From assembly GCA_040954595.2 (NCBI GenBank), contig CM082582.2, positions 5,502,303 to 5,566,302 on the forward strand: a DNA stretch of 64,000 nucleotides, written 5' to 3'. Shown here piece after piece: positions 1 to 10,400 of the stretch. Within the stretch, counting starts at the first letter, position 1, and the number at the start of each line of letters is the position of its first letter. This DNA is from Balanoglossus misakiensis. Lineage: Eukaryota > Animalia > Hemichordata. The position numbers and the translations under genes were made by a program. The notes beneath the pieces are model-generated. The model was not told the DNA's origin and did not search any database. It worked only from the letters and a program-made list of their open reading frames with translations.

Positions 1-1690
1 TGATGGCGGGAGAGGCCAACGACTTCACTTTCAGGTCATTTCCGGCATATTGTAATAATTCTGCAAACATATTCTTCAGAATACAACCAGCTTGTCTCTG
101 GCTTTCTTGATCCCAGGACCACCTTGGTCCAACTGCGTGGATGATAAATTTGGAAGGCAGTTTACCTGCGGTAGTATGGCAGAATTGTCCCGTTCCCAGT
201 CTACCGTTTTTCTTTACATATTCTTTAGATTCCCGGTATACGTGGTGGCCACCTGCATCTGCGATCGCTTTGCTCACTCCGCCTCCGTGGCTCAGTCGCC
301 CATTGGCCGCGTTAACGATGACGTCAGCGTTATTTTGGGTAATATCACCCACATACACAGAAATCTTTATGCCCTCTGCTGTTCTTTTCTTCAAACGTAG
401 GTCTTCCAGACATTTTGTGACATCAACATCTTCCGTTTCTTCTCTGTCAGGAGTAGCCCCACGCCGACGAGATCCACTTTTCTCCGGTCTGCCAAACACT
501 TCTTTGGGTGGACTTTTGGACGTCGACTCTTTGGCTGATTTACTTCTCGTTGCTGGAACGCCTCCTGCACCGTCCGACGTGACACGAACAGCAACGCCCG
601 GCCCTATTGCAGCCAGTGAATTTCTGCTGCCATCGCTTTCTCTACCTCTTTCATTTGGCCTGCTGTGCTTTGATGTTACGTTGTCTGAACTATTTCCCTC
701 CACCTTACCAATCGCTGTTCCAGAAAAACTTTCCTTGTCGTTTTTTGACGTGCTCAATTTTGTTGCAGGACCATCCCTAGCTGTCTCTGGGCTGCTGGTT
801 GGTGGACGATTAGACCCTTTCTTGGAAACTGAGGTTCGGGACGTCTCTTTCACTTTCACAGAAGAACCACTTTCCTTGTCATCGGATGAAAACTCGTGCC
901 TAATCATAGGTACGCCATCTCGTCTGTCTGGGCTGCTGCTAGTTGAGTTATCGTTTTCCACTCTGGCATCACCACCAGTTGAGGTTGGCGAAGTGACGGT
1001 AGATAGCTTAGTTTCCATCCCAGTCTTCGCCACAGATCTCTCGTCACAATCTCCGCCGCGTGTCACACTTTTGCCGGATGAGTGCAGCGGACGCGAGGAC
1101 TCTGCCGTCACATTTCCTTGCGATTCCTTATTTGAATTCGTCGTGTCTCCACTGCGCGTGATGTCATCAGACTCTGTGAAATTGTGATTCTGTATAGTTA
1201 CATCTGACTCCGGCGTTGGTTCATCGGTTCCACGAGATCCTGCTGTCGTTGCTTTCACATCGTCGCCGTTTGATGATGCTCCGACGCTATTTGCAGATAA
1301 CTTTCTGGATGATCGACCTTGGTCTGTTGTTGTCGATTTTTCTTTCCAACTTTCATTTCCTCCTTCTACTTTGAGAACTTCTTTCGTGACAGGTGATTTT
1401 GGTTGTTTCTCGTCCGCCTTTCTTTTTGCACGTGATACACCACCGCCCACGCTGCCCTTTCCATCCGCTGAAGCCGATGCACCTTTTGCAATGCTTGGAC
1501 CCTTGCCTGTCTTCACGATATCGAACAGTTGCGTCTGTGCTTCCTTCAACTTCTCAAGTGACGCTGCATAAATTACGTTATCTTCAATTTCCACGCCTTT
1601 TATTGTGTTTATACTGCGGATGTCACTTTTGCTCATAGTATAGAAATGAGGGAGCCACGGTACTATCTCTGCTTGAATTGTCTCGAATAC
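1..1690 (-). CDS. Large exon of the macrodomain gene (KH-like segment, linker, macrodomain)
   Basis: CAG acceptor at 1691-1693, then about 563 codons open to the window edge, with NAAN, HGGGV and HAVGP macro motifs. Confidence 0.88.
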
Positions 1691-3778
1691 CTGTCCGAAT
1701 AAATAATGTTTATAATACGATTTTAGTATCACAATTCCCCCTATAAATACAAAAAGCGTACAGTATCAGTTCGCGTCTTGAAAAAACACCGTCCGCACAC
1801 ATTAGCTTTTCACGATGACACAGAAAATTGTTTTTTTGCCTCTGGTGATAGATATCTGTGGACAAACAAGCGCCAACTTTATTTTCAAATTTCAATGACA
1901 AGACTGTTTACAGCTTTTGACAAGAATGTGGTTCACTATAACGAATGAAAAATAGTTACTACATGCCAAGCATGGGTCACTTTATCAGAAATACATAGTC
2001 AGTCGACGTCACTCCTCCGTATTTAATTACGACCGCCTGTCTTCGTCTCGGGGGTTTGCAGCAATCTGTCGATTTACTTCCCCGAACCTCCTTGTCCTCT
2101 GTCGCTTTTGTATCAAATCAGCTACCTTGCATGTTCGAAAAGATAATAAACCTGACACTTTTTTTACCTCCTGATGTTCCGTTAAGTCTGGCATTTCCCT
2201 GGTGGCTTGTTTCTGTTTACTTGCACACGATAGGGATGCAGCTACTGAAAATAAAATAACGGGGAGGGGGGCTTTAATATTAATATTGACAAAATATATG
2301 GAGATTTTCTCGCTTGAAAGAACAGAGTTATACATCCAACCACAATCACGTCGATCTGTCCATCATGGTGGTTGGATCGTGGTCCAACCAAATTAAATAT
2401 AGTTGGTCGTTGATCTCCTGGAATAACATTATCTAAGAAAAAAATATACATTGATGATTGAAACGAGTAACTTTTCATATCAGAAAAATAAAACCGTACT
2501 TACATTTTATATGCCGTTTGGGTTTACTTTTACCGGATTTCAAAGATTCAATCAGATTCTTTGTAAACGGATCCATTAGTGCGACCGGGCCTGTTGCGAC
2601 ACCCTTTTTCACGGTGATTCCGGCCGTACTCATCGTAATTTTACGCTCCTTTGCTTCGTCTCTAACCGACTGTTTAATTTGTCCAACCGCATTCCACAAA
2701 ACCTGCGACAAGCAAAGTGGTCTCGTCTAAAATGTTTTGATATACCCGTCCGCACCCAAACTGATACTGAAAGCAAGCTAAATTGTGTCAGCGTTGGCGT
2801 GCCGTCTCTTCGTGACCAAAAAAGTCGGACAAATTTATCCTCAGACATTGTAACTTGATTGTCTTGATACTGATTACGTCACTATTTTGGGAAGTGTGAC
2901 ACCTACATTTGCTTGTTGTACTCGCTAAAGCATGTTTACGCAATGATGTACAGGTGTTGACTGGAATATTATCGTCGACATTTTAGTCCGGACAAAATCA
3001 GCTGTCAACAATCACATTTCTGATTTTACGAACATGTATACAATAGGCTGTGGTTACCATGCAGCTGAATACTGGGAATGTCAACACGTTTTAGGGTAGA
3101 AACTGTAGTTGATACGCAGCATGATAAAAGTACAAAACGTGTTATTAAAAGTTAAGACTGTAAGAGGTTTATTCAACTTACGTTGCCACACGGTTCGAGT
3201 TTGAAAATTTTCGGGTGATCCTTTTTCAAAAACGTGTCCATATCTGTCAAGAAGTAACAAAGTGATTTATTCAACGTGAAAGGAACCTGAACTACTTGCA
3301 CATGATATGGTTTCTTGTAAACGAATTACAGAGTTAATGTATCATCTTGTAGACAATCGGTGAGCTCGGAATCTTTAAATTATTAATCTTCGAAGATTCT
3401 GTGGTATCATTTTCTCGTGGTCCCTGTCACTTTGCGGAGGGACTACTTATATCATTTTCCTGATTTTACTTAAGTTGAGCAAACCATGAGTTTTAACAGC
3501 ACAAATAGAAAACGGGTTATTTCCGTCGATCTTTTTCAGACATACAGACAATATCCCACTCGCACGTGTTTTCATCTTAAACAGTGACCCCATAACCTAT
3601 CCATGAAAGTTAATTTGTCGTGGTAATTTAACTTACGTTTTTTCGCCTCAAATGTAATGAGGTAACAAGTCCCATCTTCAGACAATTTGTAATCAATGTT
3701 GTCCAAAATTTTCTTCATTTTAGACTTGTTGACGTCATACAACCAAACGCTTCTTTCCATTCGCCCAATGATCTCCAT
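1..3778 (-). CDS. Macrodomain protein with PARP9/PARP14-like N-terminal layout (RRM-like, KH-like, low-complexity linker, macro); 3' end lies outside the window. Exons 3778-3637, 3243-3182, 1690-<1
   Basis: The minus frame is open from 1690 to the window edge. It encodes GIKISVYVGDITQNNADVIVNAANGRLSHGGGVSKAIADAGG...TTAGKLPSKFIIHAVGPRW...SLASPAI, a canonical macrodomain at about 2-373. Upstream exons have GTAAGT donors and CAG acceptors with matching phases (1, then 0), giving MEIIGRMERSVWLYDV...CYLITFEAKKHMDTFLKKDHPKIFKLEPCGN|VFETIQAEIVPW. The macrodomain call is firm; the family assignment is inference. Confidence 0.75.
2027..2726 (-). CDS. Candidate alternative terminal exons (2726-2504 and 2244-2027) of the macrodomain gene
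   Basis: TAG acceptor in phase 0, GTAAGT donor in phase 1, TTTTCAG acceptor in phase 1, and TAA at 2027-2029. The frame stays open across the join. Confidence 0.4.
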
Positions 3779-3912
3779 TTCAGCGGATCATTTAGTGGTT
3801 CTTCACGTTTTATAGTTTGAGACGCAAAAGATGAGAAATAAATCATGACATCTATGACCCTGAATGACCAACTACAGGGTAGACAGCCAAAGTTGTCGGC
3901 CTTTGATCTTAA

Positions 3913-4614
3913 GGGAGCTTCCCTGTATTTTGAGAGGAGTGGGCCAAAGAAAATTGGTCGGCCGGTCACGTAAACTTTGACCCTTCAGTCTAGTCCTTGT
4001 TTGTAAAAATATGACATCCCCTTCAAAGGCCTATTGTTATTTTTATAGAGGCACACCTCGATACATGGTCACGTGGTTTTGATAACTAGTGTGATAACTG
4101 TGAAATTTGGTGGCTACGGTGGGATAACAGTAACATTATCTGGTGAATGGTATAGTCAGTAAAGTGCAACAAGTCATTTCCAGCAAGATTTGCATTCTGA
4201 CGATGGAGGATGAAAGATCAGTATGGTATGACGACATCATGTACCATACAATTAATTTAGACATAGCTTTTGTTGACATTCTCTGCATGTTCTAATTTCT
4301 TATATTACCTCCACATTTGTGTAATTCAACCTCTCCTCCTGCTAAAGCAGATTTGCGTCAATAAAATTAAGTGCATGCATGTCAGCAAAAAATGTCATTC
4401 TCCTTTACACGTCTACAACCGGAATTTTTTTCAAGTAATATTAAAGTTGGACTTTGACATCGTGTTTTCAAGTGTCCAATTCTATAATGCGACCCTTCCC
4501 CTAGAACAGGTTCATGACATGTGACCCTCCCCCTAGGGCAAGTTTGTCAAATGTGACACCCCCCCCCCGTTCCTCCTGAACATCACCCACCCCTCATTAC
4601 TAATGAAAGCTCCC
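3913..4614. mobile_element. Non-autonomous PIF/Harbinger-like element (about 700 bp)
   Basis: Ends are GGGAGCTT...AAGCTCCC with further imperfect TIR match, flanked on both sides by TAA (3910-3912 and 4615-4617). Internal TGACCCT(T)CCCCTAG repeats are present. Confidence 0.6.
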
Positions 4615-6750
4615 TAATGCCATCGACCTTTGCTACCACAAAATAGTGCGTGATTTATTATGGTACTATAATGTAGTGAGACGCATTTGATATGTTAAGA
4701 CATAGACATCGTAAGAATTAGCACCAGAGCTAGTATAAAATAGTCCAATGTTAATAGCAGTATTCTGCAGATATACAGAAGCACACAGTACGCGGAAGTG
4801 AAACAAAAAAATCCTCTTCCGTGTTTGAGCCCCCTCCCCCATCCGCAATCATAAACACACTTGTGTAGTGTTTAAAAGAAAGTGAGTATGCATTGCTTTG
4901 TCGCAGTTCGTCAACCTTCGTGATACCTCAGTTCAAGAGGGCATATGTCAAAATAACGGGATAAACACATCAAAAAAGGAGGCGACATACCTGTGTACTT
5001 GCATATACGTCGTGTCTGACTGCAGTTGCAGTTTGTTTTCGCCGAACTCATTACATATTAATTTTTATTAACCTTTGCCCACGTTGACCTCAGACAAAGC
5101 GCCACACAAGTCAACACGACCGAGTGTTCATTTCTATGCACCTTCTGTGAATGACATTTAGTTGATTTTCATGAAATTTTACTCTGAAATCATGAATGAC
5201 GTCGACATTTACGAAATACCCACACTTCACACACACACGCTCTCTCTCTCTCTCTGATCAATGTTCGTTGTATTCTAATGTAATGCTATTACTAGGGAAT
5301 TTATAAACTGGTTCCTAAATTTGCCACGTTCGTTTTAAACGTTATTTGACCTCGCGACAACGTATAGTACTGACAAAAGCAACAAATCGAACACCTGCAA
5401 GATCATGTCTGGAAATCTATTTTATTTTCTGTCACCAGGGAACTTATAGTTGTTCATGGGTTGTGACCCCGAAGAGAAAGCATTCACTGGCATTGGGAAA
5501 TATTTCCCTCAAACTTCTGCTCTGTCTTCAAGGCGATCAGAAGAGTCAATTGCAATGGTCGAACCCAGAACACAAGGTATTAAAGTTGTGTATGTTCGAT
5601 GCTAGCTGCTAACAACAAAGTGTTGATGATAAAACAGTACATATGGCCAGCAATCTTCCATTATATTTTTCAAATTTCGAGTATGATATGTGGTTGGACA
5701 CCTTGGCGCACAGAACACCCTTTCACTTTCGATTCTGCTACAGAGCGGTGTCTCTGCCATGGGAAAAAACTGTTGAAAAAGGTTATGTTCCATAATTTCT
5801 CTTTTGTTACTTTTAACATGTCCTATATTATTACCTTGAGTAATTGCGATCCAAGCGAATAGGCCTGTACACATGTGAATGAGCAATTATTTTTGAACGC
5901 ATCCTCACCAAAAAAGAACGCGCATGCAGTAAGACAAAACCATCATCATGTCGTTGGTGGCGCTCGATATATTCTCTCCAGTCTGACATTGCAGTCCGAT
6001 CTGGGTCAATACATGAAAAGTGTCACTCTTCTTTCATACCAACGAAAAACTCACAGTGCATTATATTCCTGAACATTATGTTTATGTTCAGACGTTGTTA
6101 CATTATTAACTCAATAGGGACCAGTTATTGTTATTGACTGAGGTATCAGTGTTGTGGGTTTTTTTTTTTACATGACTGAGTTTATCAAAGTGACCCCCCC
6201 CCCCCCCGGCCCGGGTGAACTCCCACCAATGTGACCAAAACCATGTACCGTATGACTTTGTAACTCGAAGATTTGTGTTCCCAGGGCGCCTATAGTTATC
6301 TTATTGACAGCATGAAGTGCTATGCTTTCAGTGAGCGATTAAATATATGTGTGACTCATTGCGGTTGTGAATGACGTCATGGACATTCTGTGAATGTAGG
6401 GCAGGCCACAGGAAATACTACACGCTCGACACGTCACATTTCGCTCTACCTTGTCATCTATCTGTTTTATGAAACGTCCCCATCCAGCAAACCAATCATA
6501 ACCAAGAAACAAGCAAGTATATCTCTAGTACAACCAACAATACTTCCCATGGATACACAAGGAATAAATCATTCAGAAGAAGCAACAATGTCATTATTCT
6601 AACCTGAACAGCGTCGATTCCTACTTTATTATTACTATTAAAAAGTACATTCAACTCGCGTTCAAACTTCATGAGAAGAGGAATTACTAGATTGGAACCA
6701 ACCCATCCAACCCATTGTAAGAGACTGCCGCAGGATGCCGAATGTTCTTG

Positions 6751-7038
<288 letters not shown>

Positions 7039-7430
7039 GGGAACTTATCTCAATTTCATCTTTTTCATGAATATTCTCATCCATGAAAGTATAAAACTTA
7101 AACACAAAACAGTTTTTCACGGTTTATGTTAACACATACCAATATATACAAATATAAACAAACACTTATTAACATACAAGGAGGAAGAGCTTCCTGTGGT
7201 CTATCATATATTTCATTTCTTTCATGAACATGTATTATATAATGTGCTATGTTGTGCATCTTTCACTCGAAAAAACACCACACAACTTCGAACAGATGGA
7301 CGTGGACTGCGAGAACAAAGTTCCTTCTCGTTTCTCTTCTCGCCCTGAGCGAGATGTTCGGGACTACCGGTTCCGTTAAGACGCATGCGCAAACGAAACA
7401 CGAAGGAAAGTGGCGGTGCGAGAACCTTTA

Positions 7431-7452
7431 ATGGTAAACTTGGTAGAAATGG
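7431..7452 (+). CDS. SEPTIN7: SEPT7 putative first coding exon (MVNLVEM, ending ATG G|GTAGGT)
   Basis: In-frame ATGs at 7431 and 7449 and a donor at 7453, within a CpG-rich promoter-like region. Confidence 0.55.
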
Positions 7453-10400
7453 GTAGGTTTTCCTCCTTTTTGCGCGACTTAACAGTGCGTATGCTATGTC
7501 GAATGAATCGCGGTATTGTTGTACGTTTGCTAGAAGTGTCAGCGTGATCTCGCTCGAGCGATTGGGCAACATTCTACGCCGCTCGGGACTTGGGTGTAAA
7601 AAATTAAGTCACTCGGCCCGGCCTGATACAGTCATGTGTATCGGAAGTGTGGGTCTTTGCCCAAGCTGTCTGAATGGGACGACTTCCTCCCAACACGGTT
7701 CTGAAAAAAGAAAGTCTTTGTCAATTTATTCTTGAAATATTCGACACATCACGGCCCATTTTTTATGCTAGTTCGGCGACTCGTTTCGTTCGAACGTATT
7801 TGGGCGGTACTATCACTATTAGTATCAAGTGTTTCTGTACGACGACTTTGTTTTGGGTAGTGTAACTGTAACTATATTTTGTCATTCTATTCTTGAAACA
7901 CCGTGCACATGCTTGTGCGGCCATCTGCCGTCAAGTAAAGAGCATCGTCGGGTATATTTTAATCACTTTAAATCATCAATGCAAATTAGCTGGAGAAACC
8001 ATAACATGTATGATTATGGAAATGAACAATGAGTTGAATGAAATCCATTGTTTTGACTCGACACACATTATTTGTATAGCGCACAGTGTGTTCATCAATT
8101 TCCTCTCGCAGTGGGCTAAGTCATTATAAATTAGTTTGTCTGGTTTAAATTTTAAAGTATGCGGAGTTGAGGAAGTGTGTAATTAAAGCGACTAATTTTG
8201 TCTGTTTGTTCTTTTTCTCCACTACCACCATTTACTACTCCTCACATTCATCATTGTGGACTGAAATCTGTCATCCATTGAATGATGACAATGACCCCAG
8301 CGGTAAGTGTCACACGAAGTGTAATATTTACTCCAATTCTTGACAGATTTCACATATTCCTTCTCAATTTTCAGTGTATTTGTTTTGACTCGGCCAAATC
8401 TCAAGTGTTTGGTATTTCCAAATTGCTTTGTGTTCAACTTCTTTTCCCTGGCCTGAGGTGACTCTCTCTCTCACACGTTTCCGTTTTTGGTTTCGGTAAC
8501 AGAACACCCGAGCCAAGGAACTGGAGGGATATGTAGGCTTTGCCAATTTACCAAATCAAGTATACAGGCGATCGGTGAAAAGGGGGTTCGAATTCACACT
8601 AATGGTAGTAGGTGAGTATTTTCTACATTAGTCTAGTACCTAGCCTATTAACCGCAGCTAGGTACTAGACTATTTCTACTTATGCTGTAGTCCTGCAAAG
8701 TTTTGTTACCAAATTCATTGAAACTATACACAAGCTTAGCGAATGCAGCATTATAAGTCCCTGTAAGGAACAGAGTGTGTGTTTATCTCTACTTAGCACA
8801 TGCTCTTTCCTTGAGTGTTTATTACAGGAAAGTGTATAGGTAGTATTTTTGATAGTGGTAAGTGATCCATATAATCATGTGGTGAAGTCAGAGGAAGTTG
8901 GCATCCATTAATAGCTCTACTATTCTGTATGTCAGTGTTTCAAAAGAGCCTAGGAAAGTTGATGCATCTCTCAGACTCAGTCACACATCTTTAGTACCAG
9001 GATGGTAGATTTACATGATTTCTAGCGTACAAACTGTGGAGAGGACCCATTGAGTGGTTGTGTGCAAACTAAATATTTTTAGTTTTGCCATGAGCATGAA
9101 ATCACACCATTATTTTCCTGCCAGCAGGTAATAAAAATGAATATTGCCATTCCAGGGCTAATACAATGCTAATGAACCATTTCAGTGACATCCATTGGGA
9201 ATTAACCACAGACAGGTCAAATAAATAGCTATACCAACCAGTGTGCAGATAGATAAGGTTGTACCAGTCAAAATAATAACAGCGAATTATTGTGCCTTCA
9301 AAGCCCTTTTACCATGTTCCTCTTTATGGCTGGAAATAAAACAGATGGAGAAGTGTAGGTTTGCTCTAAAGAAGATCTGATGTCTGTGCTGGCATTTGTT
9401 TTTAATCAGTACGTCAAAAGAAGCCATTGTCCAAACAGTACTGTAGTAAGATAGCTGATACCGTTGAGATATTCATGTGTTAATTCAATGGGTTGTGTCT
9501 GGGCGAGATGGCGATTTAAATGGGTAATTGTAGTAGGTTTTATCAGTCAGGAAGCAGAGGAGGGCTGTATTGGTGCAGTTTGTGATGTTCCAGGGTGTGT
9601 CAGTCTAGTGATTTCGGCTGCCCTACAGAAACACTGCGGCCTGCATTACGTAACACCTCCCCTCCAGGTGTATTTTTGTTGTTGTAGAGATATATACTGT
9701 TCGGGGGCATTATTATTCAAATGGAGATGGGCACTTTCCACTGGAACTGCAGCACTTTCAAATCATTGGGTAAACATAGATGAAATGTACTTGTTTGGCT
9801 GTTTAGTCGGAATGCTGACAAGATGGTTGCGAAGCCAGGGTCGTTGTAGTATTTGTACTCACTACTGTGTGAGTGATATGCTATTTGTATTTCGTTGACA
9901 AACTTTTTCGTGACTATTGAGTTGACGCTCTGCCAGCTCAAAAGTATCATCTAAATGTAGGTATACTGGACATTGCATGGATACAGATAATGTAATATAG
10001 TAACTGAACTATGCTGCAGATACAGGTTGACACTCCCTCTGAAAAAGTGACATTCAACAGGAAACCGTGAGGTGGGCAAACAGTCAGGACATGAACATTT
10101 ATGAACCCATTTGAGTTAAAATGCTTTTTGATCTTGCTTCCTGTTGAAAAAATGGCCGCAAATACCATGGCTTAATTAATGTTCATAGGCTTGGAAATGA
10201 AAAGGTTGGAGAGCTTGATCTAGTGGCAAATGTCCCTCCCTGTAAGCTCATTTGCATGTAACTGAAGTGGCACAGTTTAACAATGTGGGCCGGTCTCACA
10301 ACTTGCTGGCTTGTTTTGCCAGCAATAGTAGTAACCCCACTGACAGGTCCCATGTGATTTATGGTCGCACTGACAATGAGACGATGGCTTTGGGTTTTAG

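Noticed and set aside
141-1187. 348-aa plus-strand ORF
   Set aside because: It is the antisense shadow of the macrodomain exon and has no motifs of its own.
5346-6072. Cluster of short overlapping ORFs with some splice-like sites
   Set aside because: I could not build a phase-consistent, stop-free model or recognise a domain; BLASTX would settle it.
7496-7735. MSNESR ORF as the SEPT7 first exon
   Set aside because: Its best donor (CG|GTATTG) is phase 2 and fits neither the microexon nor the 8503 exon.
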